This document shows positions 1 to 7,683 of a DNA stretch of 49,870 nt, piece after piece. The number at the start of each line of letters is the position of its first letter. Positions within the stretch are counted from its first letter, which is position 1. This DNA is from a virus. Taxonomy: Duplodnaviria > Caudoviricetes. The notes under the pieces were generated by a model. It saw nothing but the letters and a program-made list of their open reading frames with translations, made no database searches and had not been told where the DNA came from. Both the position numbers and the translations under genes were made by a program. Location: positions 1-49,870 of the IMG/VR virus record IMGVR_UViG_3300025133_000167; one strand, written 5' to 3'.

Positions 1-369
1 GGTGACTTTCAAGTTACCGCTATCGCGCATGGACCGGATAACAATTGCGGAGGGTATAAGTTCCGGCCTAAGTATACCTTAATAGGCTACGGTGAGCACT
101 GGCATGAATGCCCTTTCGATACTGAATTCGAAGCGCGAGAATTCTGTGGGGCTCTCAATAATGTGCACACTGAATTTGTTTCAATACCTCTGACGTACAG
201 CGAAGGGAAAGAGCGACAACTCGACTTTGCCCGTGCGGCTGCGGTATGGCCTGATGCTACCGACGAGGACTTGACTGCACCGGGACTGAAGGAACGGCTA
301 GAAGCACGACTACCTACTCTACTGCAAGAGTTCCAGACAGATGTGTGTAACATTGGCTTAACTTATTAG
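1..369 (+). CDS. Hypothetical phage early protein, 5'-truncated
   Basis: Frame 1 is open from base 1 (GDFQVTAIAHGPDNN...) through the 163..369 ORF to TAG, so the true start lies outside the window. Confidence 0.75.
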   Translation, partial: GDFQVTAIAHGPDNNCGGYKFRPKYTLIGYGEHWHECPFDTEFEAREFCGALNNVHTEFVSIPLTYSEGKERQLDFARAAAVWPDATDEDLTAPGLKERLEARLPTLLQEFQTDVCNIGLTY

Positions 370-576
370 GAGGACCATCCATGCGATAGAGATAAGCATC
401 CATTTAGGTTGGCAGGTATTCCGGGCAGGATGCTTGCTAGCTGCCAAGACCGCACGGGTAGGCATAGCGGGAAGAGAGATCTTCAAATCAGGTGCCTTAC
501 TATTTTCATAGCAACATATTTTATACTCTTTAGTTTCTTACATCTCAACACACAACACACAACACAAGGCGAACCA

Positions 577-1062
577 ATGCGAAGTTTAAGCAGCATCAAT
601 CAATGTCACGAAATTATCATGGAGATTACTCATTCAATGAGAAGTATATGCGCTAAGTCTTACGGTGAGGAGACTTCTCCGGTATGGTTTGGGGAACAGC
701 TAGCCTATTCGGGAGAGGTTAAGACTTGTTGGTATAGCGACAACGCCGACTTCTATACCTTACCCTATGCCGCTGGAGAGTTAGTCTACGATGGTATGGA
801 AGGAGCCTATGAGCTACTCAGTATCAAGCGTAACCCCGATCAAGACCTATCCCCTACAAAGGATAGCGGGGGCTCCTCCTCCATTATCGCTTACGATGTA
901 GTATGGAAGGTGTTCGTCTTACTCGATGAGGATGACCGTAGACAGGTGGCAGAGGACGAGCAGGGCGAGCACGACTACAATCGTATGCGCGATGACATTG
1001 ACGCCCTCACAGGCTGCAGTATGGCCGAGCTAGGGGCGATGTATTACCCGGAGGAGGTATAA
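577..1062 (+). CDS. Hypothetical acidic protein
   Basis: Part of ORF 409..1062; ATG at 577 follows an unstructured CA-rich leader ending AAGG; TAATG overlap with the next gene. Confidence 0.7.
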   Translation: MRSLSSINQCHEIIMEITHSMRSICAKSYGEETSPVWFGEQLAYSGEVKTCWYSDNADFYTLPYAAGELVYDGMEGAYELLSIKRNPDQDLSPTKDSGGSSSIIAYDVVWKVFVLLDEDDRRQVAEDEQGEHDYNRMRDDIDALTGCSMAELGAMYYPEEV

Positions 1063-1241
1063 TGACATACGGAGAACTAATACAAGCACTCGATAAATTA
1101 TCATTTACCCAATTAGAGGAGAACCTAGTCGTAAAAATCGGGGACGAGTATATCCCCGTTAAGGGGCTAACCCTATCCCCCGAGGATGATGTCCTCGATA
1201 AGAATCACCCAATCTTAATCATTGAGCAGGAGAGGGTATAA
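1062..1241 (+). CDS. Small hypothetical protein (59 aa, MTYGELIQALDKL...), not in the ORF track
   Basis: GGAGG RBS and TAATG stop/start overlaps at both ends. Confidence 0.75.
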   Translation: MTYGELIQALDKLSFTQLEENLVVKIGDEYIPVKGLTLSPEDDVLDKNHPILIIEQERV

Positions 1242-1687
1242 TGGGACATCCGAATGAACGTCTCCATACAATAGAAGCCGCAGTAAGAAACCCTCCCGAA
1301 GGCAAGAGGCTATATGAACTTGTTAGGGATACCATGTGGTATTCCGACTGTGTTTATGAGGAGGTGGGGTGCTTGCGTAAGGAAGTTAAGCATTTAACCA
1401 GACTAATCACCTTACTCCTCGAAGGACAGGTGTTAATCCCTCCTGATATGAAGCAACCAGGAAAGAGATGGTTCATGCGACCCGTGTTTAAGGTGAGCAC
1501 TGGCAAGAGTAGCAGTGAAACCCTTACCAACATAGCAGTATGCACGACTAACAATGACAAGATATTCGTAGATGAGCAGGTTGTAGCTTGGTTTCCCCAT
1601 GACGCAACCGGGGAAGAGATTAGACAAGAGTACAGAGATAACCTTTCAATTACTTTAACTTGGGGCAAGCCCTTAACCTATACGTGA
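1241..1687 (+). CDS. Hypothetical protein
   Basis: 148 aa ORF, GGAG RBS, translationally coupled to the upstream gene. Confidence 0.7.
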   Translation: MGHPNERLHTIEAAVRNPPEGKRLYELVRDTMWYSDCVYEEVGCLRKEVKHLTRLITLLLEGQVLIPPDMKQPGKRWFMRPVFKVSTGKSSSETLTNIAVCTTNNDKIFVDEQVVAWFPHDATGEEIRQEYRDNLSITLTWGKPLTYT

Positions 1688-1802
1688 CCAACGTGACCTG
1701 ACCGAAATGTCACTAAACTACTCCTTGTGTTGTGGAGTGTGAGGGGGAGAGAGTTTTTTGAACGGGGCTCTCTTCCTCCTCTATTCCCCGCAACCCCCAA
1801 AC

Positions 1803-1811
1803 TGTTACACT
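1803..1811 (+). promoter_or_regulatory. Extended -10 promoter candidate (TGTTACACT), possibly giving a leaderless mRNA
   Basis: TG-n-TACACT with an ATG 7 nt downstream at 1818; the motif recurs in three other intergenic regions. Confidence 0.5.
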
Positions 1812-1817
1812 GCAAGA

Positions 1818-2033
1818 ATGGTAAAACTACTTATGATAACTGCTGCTGACTTACGAGCACTCCTGCCTCCACGCACGAGTAACGACTCACGATCTGTCTT
1901 AGTGATCCGTCCGTTGTATCCTCGGTTTAGTCAAGCACTAATGAACGTCGAAGCTAAAACATTTACGCCTTACCCTGGGGACATCGTTACCTGGGAAGGT
2001 AAACAATACAAAATAACAGCACCAATACTTTAA
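1818..2033 (+). CDS. Small hypothetical protein
   Basis: 3' part of ORF 1758..2033; ATG lies at the predicted transcription start and has no SD. Confidence 0.5.
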   Translation: MVKLLMITAADLRALLPPRTSNDSRSVLVIRPLYPRFSQALMNVEAKTFTPYPGDIVTWEGKQYKITAPIL

Positions 2034-2074
2034 CAACAACACAACTAAACAACTAAACAACTTGGAAAACGAAC

Positions 2075-2476
2075 ATGCCTACTATATTAACCGGCCCTAA
2101 TTTTATGGAACTTATCTTCCCTAGTGGTATCAAGGTCGTCCTTCGCTGGCAGTGCCGATCACCCCGGTGCAACATTGATGACATGGTGAAGACTACTCGA
2201 TCATGCCCACAATTTGAACCGACTGGTCCCTATGGAATGTCCGAACGAGTGGCTGATAAAGACCTAGATTTTTACTCGGGAGATCACTTAGAGTTTATGA
2301 TGCTTACTCCTGACGGAGAGCAAATAGAGTTAGACCGTTATGATTCTTGCCGTCAAGTTGGCGTAGAAGAAATTGCTAGCCTGCTGGCTTTCGCGGCTAC
2401 TCCTCAAGATTTACCCTCTCGCCTAAAGATCTTTGCAAGTGGCTATCGACCAACCCTTAGCTGGAGAAAGGATTAA
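2075..2476 (+). CDS. Hypothetical protein
   Basis: 133 aa ORF after a CA-rich leader and GGA. Confidence 0.7.
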   Translation: MPTILTGPNFMELIFPSGIKVVLRWQCRSPRCNIDDMVKTTRSCPQFEPTGPYGMSERVADKDLDFYSGDHLEFMMLTPDGEQIELDRYDSCRQVGVEEIASLLAFAATPQDLPSRLKIFASGYRPTLSWRKD

Positions 2477-2477
2477 C

Positions 2478-4154
2478 ATGCGCTGCTACTCTTCTAACGT
2501 AAATGGACCGAGCCGGTTGATGCTTCAGCACCAACATATTCCGGGCTTAGTGGGGAAAGGCAAGGACAGGTTCTTGGGTGCGCCTAAGAATTGTGATAGA
2601 GTACTTTTCCCTGACCCCCCTTCAAACCTACCTTATAAAAACTTTACCACTTTAGTCGATCTTCCTGCATGGATGGATGGCTGGCTTACTTCCTACCAAA
2701 AGGCAGGATTAGATTTTGCTGTCAATCGTGACGCAACCTTATTCTACTGGCCTTGTGGCAGCGGGAAAACTGTAGCGGGTGTGTTGTGGAGTTTAGCCGA
2801 TACGGGGCCAGGTATCGGAGGTTTTAGGGATACTGACGTGCCTAAAACTGTAGTGGTTACTCGTGCTTTGGCCCGTCGTCAATGGGAACGGGAGTATCAA
2901 AAGGTGGCGGAGATCCGCCCTATGCTTTTGATGGGCAAGACTCCTAAGCCTATCCCTAAAGACGTGAAGTGTGTCATCATAGGCTGGGAATGCTTACCTG
3001 CATGGGTAGGTGCGCTCGTAGCTTGGAAAGGGTTTGATGAACTACAGGTTATCTACGATGAGATCCATCGGGCTAAGAACTGGCGAAGGTGGGAGAAGAC
3101 TACCACGAAGACCGGGAGATCTAGCTGGCAACTGTGTCGAAACATTAGTGGAAGTGCAGCACGCTTAGCTAGGCATTGTACTCGACGCTTAGGTTTATCA
3201 GCGACTCCAGCCCCTAACACCCTTGGAGATCTCTACTCTGCTCTGGACTTACTTGAGCCAGGATGTTGGGGGACAGGGATTGAATGGAAGAAACGCTACT
3301 GTAATGCTAGGCAGGATAAGTATGGGGGGTGGGTTGAAGCCAGTCGGGGAAGTCATATCGACGAGCTTCAATTAAGACTAAGATGGGTCATCCATAAGGT
3401 AAAGCCTGAAATAGTTAAGGCATCCCTCCCACCGTTAAGGAGACAACTCTGTTACCTGTCAAGAGTAGACCAAGGAAAAACTACAGGGTTTAAGGCTGAC
3501 TTCAAACGTGCGGCTAAAGCTGGTAAGCAAGCTCTCTTTGAGATGAAGGTGCTTGAGGCTGCAGCACGTAAACGTCCGTGGCTTGTAGAGATCGTGGAGG
3601 AGAACGTAGCAGCGGGTCAAAAGGTTGTCGTGTTTACTGGCCGAAAGAAGGACTGCGAGGAGCTAGCTAAACTAATAGCGACTCGCTTAAAGAAGCTTAA
3701 CAACAAGAAAGGTGCTCCTCTTTGGTGGGGTCATGGTGGCGTGGCGGCTGATGATCGAGACGCGATGGTGCAGGAGTACAGCAAGTACAACGTAAAAGGG
3801 AAGGCAGGAGGAGCCTGCTTCGTTGGGACGACCAACGCCTTTGGTGAAGCGTTTGACGGGCTGCAGTGTACTGATTTGGTGATCATGGCTTTGATCCCCT
3901 GGACCCCTGGAATGGTGGAACAGGCTGAAGGACGGTTCCATCGGCACGGTTCAGACCGACCCGTGTTAATTATCTACCCTGTTTGTGACGGCACAATAGA
4001 CGAACACATAGCAGACTTACTACTTAACAAATTAGAAAACTTAAGCGCAGCACTCGAACATACAGAAGCACAGCAAATCGCAGATACCCTAGCGGGGCTC
4101 GAAGACGAAGACGCAATCATCAACAACATTCTAGCTAAAATTGGAGAAGAATAA
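2478..4154 (+). CDS. SNF2-like superfamily 2 helicase
   Basis: Motif I PCGSGKT, motif II DEIH, motif III SAT, motif VI QAEGRFHRHG; ATG 2478 after AAGGA preferred over 2433. Confidence 0.9.
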   Translation: MRCYSSNVNGPSRLMLQHQHIPGLVGKGKDRFLGAPKNCDRVLFPDPPSNLPYKNFTTLVDLPAWMDGWLTSYQKAGLDFAVNRDATLFYWPCGSGKTVAGVLWSLADTGPGIGGFRDTDVPKTVVVTRALARRQWEREYQKVAEIRPMLLMGKTPKPIPKDVKCVIIGWECLPAWVGALVAWKGFDELQVIYDEIHRAKNWRRWEKTTTKTGRSSWQLCRNISGSAARLARHCTRRLGLSATPAPNTLGDLYSALDLLEPGCWGTGIEWKKRYCNARQDKYGGWVEASRGSHIDELQLRLRWVIHKVKPEIVKASLPPLRRQLCYLSRVDQGKTTGFKADFKRAAKAGKQALFEMKVLEAAARKRPWLVEIVEENVAAGQKVVVFTGRKKDCEELAKLIATRLKKLNNKKGAPLWWGHGGVAADDRDAMVQEYSKYNVKGKAGGACFVGTTNAFGEAFDGLQCTDLVIMALIPWTPGMVEQAEGRFHRHGSDRPVLIIYPVCDGTIDEHIADLLLNKLENLSAALEHTEAQQIADTLAGLEDEDAIINNILAKIGEE

Positions 4155-4585
4155 TGTCACCCGGCAATTACCTTGTAGCAATTACCTCGGTGGAGTTCAC
4201 GCCAACCACCCGTAACATCACAGGGGCATCGAGAGGTTTAAGGCTTATCTTCACACTAACAGTGACCACCGAGTTCAGGCGTTCGTGTCCTATGACGATT
4301 GACTATGCCCCTTTAACCTATGGGATTACAATGTGGGGTCATAATGCGCTTAATCGGTACGACCCTTATTGGCGGAACTTCTTAACGGCTATTGGGCACA
4401 CTGAAGAAACCTTACCTAAAGAACGTTTAATCTTATTCTCCCCTGAAGCTATCCAGAAGATTCTTGATGAAGTGTTCATGGGTAAGACTGGCTGGATTTA
4501 CTACCAACCTACGCCACCTATGGAGGAGTGGTCTCCCACTCGTATCAAGTGGCTTCAGGAGGCTCCCAATGTCCGCGTGGAATGA
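4154..4585 (+). CDS. DUF669-like (SSB-like) protein, paralog of 7103..7636
   Basis: Aligned blocks GNYLVAITSVE/GLYSMTIQEIE, YWRNFLTAIG/YWMTLLISLG, GKTGWIYYQPTPP/GKTGYVNYTPAPP. Confidence 0.6.
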   Translation: MSPGNYLVAITSVEFTPTTRNITGASRGLRLIFTLTVTTEFRRSCPMTIDYAPLTYGITMWGHNALNRYDPYWRNFLTAIGHTEETLPKERLILFSPEAIQKILDEVFMGKTGWIYYQPTPPMEEWSPTRIKWLQEAPNVRVE

Positions 4586-5057
4586 AGATCAACTATACTC
4601 ATCGAAGAAGCAGGACTGGGGAACCCCTCAAGCTCTCTTCGATGCACTGGATGATGAGTTTGACTTCGGGTTAGACGCAGCGGCTACTGCTGACAATACT
4701 AAGTGCTTCCAGTACATCAGCGAGGATAGCCTTGACCGAGACTGGGCAAGCCTAGTGCCTGGAATCCATGCGGTATGGCTTAACCCTCCCTATGGAAAAG
4801 ACATAGGCAAGTGGGTAGAGAAAGCCTACCGTGAATCCTTGAATGGCTGCGCTGTGGTGGTCCTTGTCTTTGTCCGTAGTGACACTAGGTGGTGGCATGA
4901 CTGGGCTGTGAAGGCAGCAGAGATACGGCTTATCAAGGGTAGGATCAAGTTCGAAGGGGCTCCCTCCTCTGCACCTTCCCCGTCCTGTCTGTTGATCTTC
5001 GATGAGTCTCGACGTGTCCCACAGTTCACGACGGTAACTGACCTACCCAGGAGCTAG
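4569..5057 (+). CDS. dam: Phage DNA N6-adenine methyltransferase (phage Dam family)
   Basis: DWGTPQALFDALDDEFDFGLDAAA, catalytic WLNPPYG, RSDTRWW and GRIKF motifs; GGAGG RBS before ATG 4569. Confidence 0.9.
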   Translation: MSAWNEDQLYSSKKQDWGTPQALFDALDDEFDFGLDAAATADNTKCFQYISEDSLDRDWASLVPGIHAVWLNPPYGKDIGKWVEKAYRESLNGCAVVVLVFVRSDTRWWHDWAVKAAEIRLIKGRIKFEGAPSSAPSPSCLLIFDESRRVPQFTTVTDLPRS

Positions 5058-5144
5058 CATGAAACCAAGATCGAAAGAAAAGAACCACTATATTCGTTCG
5101 ATTTTAATTACCCTACCTTTTAACTGACCTACCGAGGAAATAAC

Positions 5145-5336
5145 ATGAGTAGTAGTTGGCCTGATGCGAATGAATATAGCTTACTCACCGATTGCCCCAA
5201 GTGTGGGGTCAAGAAGTACGCCCCCTGCACTACTAAGACAGGGGTCAAAGAACTGTTACGCCCTCACCGAGAAAGAAAACTTAAAGCTAACACCCTCGGT
5301 CTAGGACTGTGGGCTTCAATGCGAGGAACATTCTAA
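5145..5336 (+). CDS. Small zinc-finger protein
   Basis: CPKC-x7-C...H-x-x-R pattern; GAGG RBS. Confidence 0.65.
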   Translation: MSSSWPDANEYSLLTDCPKCGVKKYAPCTTKTGVKELLRPHRERKLKANTLGLGLWASMRGTF

Positions 5337-6172
5337 TGAAATTACTTGATGCAGGACCATCCGAAGCAGGATGGCATAGAATACAATCTATTAAACGTTG
5401 CCTTAGATACTATGCTTTAGAGCGTGAGCAGACTAAACGTGAGTGGACTGATGCTCTTGTGAATGGAAGCCTAGTTCATGTGGGGTTAGCTCATTGGTAT
5501 AAACATCGTCAAGCGAAGCTTCAAGGTATCCCCAATGAGTACTACACTCCTGAAGAAGCTATTAAACAACTAGCCCTTAAAGAGACAGAGAAGGGTGGGG
5601 ATAAGTTATGGCTCCAGCATGTAGAACTTGCTTCCTATATGGTGAATCAGTACATGGCTCATTACCATGCAGAGACATTACGCCCTCTTCATATTGAAGA
5701 ACAGTTCAGGGGGAAGATGGGAGAACATCTGTATACCCAACGTGCTGACTTGATTGTAGCTGATGCTGATGACAAGGTGTGGATCATTGACCACAAGACC
5801 ACCTATCGGGTTTCAGCTAAAGTCACTAAACGATATACATTGTCGGGGCAGTTCCTTGGGTATCAAGTAATAGGAAAGAAAGTATTTGCAGAACGTTTTG
5901 GGGGTGTGTTACTCAATATGATACAACGACCAACACTGAAACAGTATCACGAGAACCCAACACTCCCTATTGACTTTAAACGAGTTGCTACTGAACCCGC
6001 ACCTTACGCACTAAAAACCTTTAAACAAACTATCCTTGACGCAGAACAACAACTAAAAAACTATAGCCATTTAGACAACGCTATGGATTGGCCAGGTACT
6101 TACAGCGAGACTGCTTGTATGACTGCTTACGGTCCATGTCCATTTCATACCACTTGTCAGTTTGGTTTCTAG
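5336..6172 (+). CDS. Cas4/AddB-like PD-(D/E)XK exonuclease
   Basis: GSLVH, RADL, IIDHKT and QxxxY motifs; one N-terminal and three C-terminal Cys (CMTAYGPCPFHTTC) form an Fe-S staple pattern. Confidence 0.85.
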   Translation: MKLLDAGPSEAGWHRIQSIKRCLRYYALEREQTKREWTDALVNGSLVHVGLAHWYKHRQAKLQGIPNEYYTPEEAIKQLALKETEKGGDKLWLQHVELASYMVNQYMAHYHAETLRPLHIEEQFRGKMGEHLYTQRADLIVADADDKVWIIDHKTTYRVSAKVTKRYTLSGQFLGYQVIGKKVFAERFGGVLLNMIQRPTLKQYHENPTLPIDFKRVATEPAPYALKTFKQTILDAEQQLKNYSHLDNAMDWPGTYSETACMTAYGPCPFHTTCQFGF

Positions 6173-6180
6173 GAGCCCTC

Positions 6181-7119
6181 ATGTCAAACGAGCCTTTCTT
6201 TGGTATTACTTACGGACCCCCCGGTACGGGTAAGACTCTCGCTATCTTACGCGCCTTCCCTAAAGCACTCTTCCTTTCCCCTAAAGGCGGGATGTCCTGT
6301 GCTCATTTCATTGGCGTCAGACCAGTGGTAGACCATCCAACATCGATCGCTAACGTTACGGCTATGTTGAAAGCGGCGAAGTCAAGCAGGGATTATCCCA
6401 CTGCCATAGTCATTGATGACTTCAGTTTGTTAGCTGACGCGGAGCTACGCAACCAGAAACAATCCTGTAAGGATAAGTGGGGGGCATTTGATCTATTTAA
6501 TCACGAAGTATACGACCTGCGTGATGCTGCTCGTGACTGCCCCTTTCCTGTTATCTTTACGATGCATGAAAAACCTCCCCGAACAGTAGGCAACGAGGAG
6601 GGTAGACGCGCTATCCCAGGGTGCCCTTTAATTGAAGGGTGGCAACTTCCTGAAAAGTTACCTGCTTACTGTGACTTCGTAGCTCGAATAGTTTATGACA
6701 AACATTCTCTTAGTGGTTGGCCTTACGTTTATCAAATCGGTCCTGACCCTGACTATATTACTAAGAACCGTATCGTCAACGCGCCCGATCGTTTTCCTTT
6801 AAACCTACGTGTCATGCTGCTAGCTGCTGGTTACGACCTTCCCCGTCCTAAAGAGTTTGCTTGGATGGAAAAAATCGTTAAGCAAACTGTGCCTTTTTTA
6901 CAACCAATCCTACAAAACAAAGACAAGGAGGAGCTACATAAACTATTAACAAAAGTCTTCAAACAACTCATTACCAAACATTCATCAGTACATGCTCGCT
7001 GGGCATTGATGGATGCTATTGATACAGCGAACTTAACAAATCACCAAGCTACGCTTGGAGAAAAATTCATCATTGACATTTGCAAAAACTTAGGAGAAAC
7101 CAATGACCTTTTCATTTAA
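6181..7119 (+). CDS. AAA_24 / Sak4-like ATPase (recombination protein)
   Basis: Walker A GPPGTGKT, Walker B IVIDD, FTMHE; lies between exonuclease and SSB; AGGAG RBS. Confidence 0.8.
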   Translation: MSNEPFFGITYGPPGTGKTLAILRAFPKALFLSPKGGMSCAHFIGVRPVVDHPTSIANVTAMLKAAKSSRDYPTAIVIDDFSLLADAELRNQKQSCKDKWGAFDLFNHEVYDLRDAARDCPFPVIFTMHEKPPRTVGNEEGRRAIPGCPLIEGWQLPEKLPAYCDFVARIVYDKHSLSGWPYVYQIGPDPDYITKNRIVNAPDRFPLNLRVMLLAAGYDLPRPKEFAWMEKIVKQTVPFLQPILQNKDKEELHKLLTKVFKQLITKHSSVHARWALMDAIDTANLTNHQATLGEKFIIDICKNLGETNDLFI

Positions 7120-7636
7120 AGGTAACTTTGAAAACGTGATGCCTGCGGGCCAATGGAAAACACTTACAGTCGCTGGGCTGTACTCTATGACTATTCAAGA
7201 GATTGAACTACGCGAAACTAAAGCTGGGAATGAGCGTGCGCTCTTTCGGCTACGTGTAGCAGACGGGGAGCATAAAGACACTCCCGTCACCTTCGGAATC
7301 AATATCCCTACATCAGACGATGACTTCGTTTGGCGATACTGGATGACGCTCCTTATTTCATTAGGTGCAGACGAGAATAAGCTCCGACAAAACCCCACGA
7401 TTGAGGGTGACAAGCTCATTGGAAAGACTGGCTACGTGAATTACACCCCTGCTCCTCCTGATGACGGAACGGGTAGTAAGAAATTTGCGCAGTTCCTTTG
7501 GATCACCCAACAGCAGTTTAAAACTCAACAAACTATGACTGAAGGAAGCTCGTTTAATGTTGCTCCTGCGGCTGTAGTGGAAGAGTCAGGGAACGGTGCA
7601 GGTAGCACGGACCCCCTTGATTACTTAGAGATCTAA
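7103..7636 (+). CDS. DUF669-like single-stranded DNA-binding protein
   Basis: GxYxxxIxxxE...TKAG pattern, acidic C-terminal tail (DPLDYLEI), directly after the Sak4-like gene. Confidence 0.7.
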   Translation: MTFSFKGNFENVMPAGQWKTLTVAGLYSMTIQEIELRETKAGNERALFRLRVADGEHKDTPVTFGINIPTSDDDFVWRYWMTLLISLGADENKLRQNPTIEGDKLIGKTGYVNYTPAPPDDGTGSKKFAQFLWITQQQFKTQQTMTEGSSFNVAPAAVVEESGNGAGSTDPLDYLEI

Positions 7637-7643
7637 TCTCTCC

Positions 7644-7668
7644 GCTCCTCCTCACCATGAGGAGGGGC
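7644..7668 (+). other. Strong intergenic stem-loop
   Basis: GCTCCTCCTCA-CCA-TGAGGAGGGGC, 11-bp stem with one G-U pair and no U-tract; between the SSB and polymerase genes. Confidence 0.6.
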
Positions 7669-7683
7669 ACCCTTGAGGTATTG

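Noticed and set aside
409-576. N-terminal extension of ORF 409..1062
   Set aside because: TTG start without an RBS, running through AT-rich and CA-repeat sequence that looks intergenic; ATG 577 preferred.
5059-5127. 22-codon ORF after the methylase
   Set aside because: Too short, with no recognisable motif or independent support.
5336-6172. Cas4-like gene as evidence of a CRISPR-Cas system
   Set aside because: No cas1/cas2 and no repeat-spacer array seen; the context (Sak4-like ATPase, SSB) is a standard phage recombination module.
7644-7668. Intrinsic terminator between SSB and polymerase
   Set aside because: Strong stem but no U-tract on either strand; kept only as a stem-loop.
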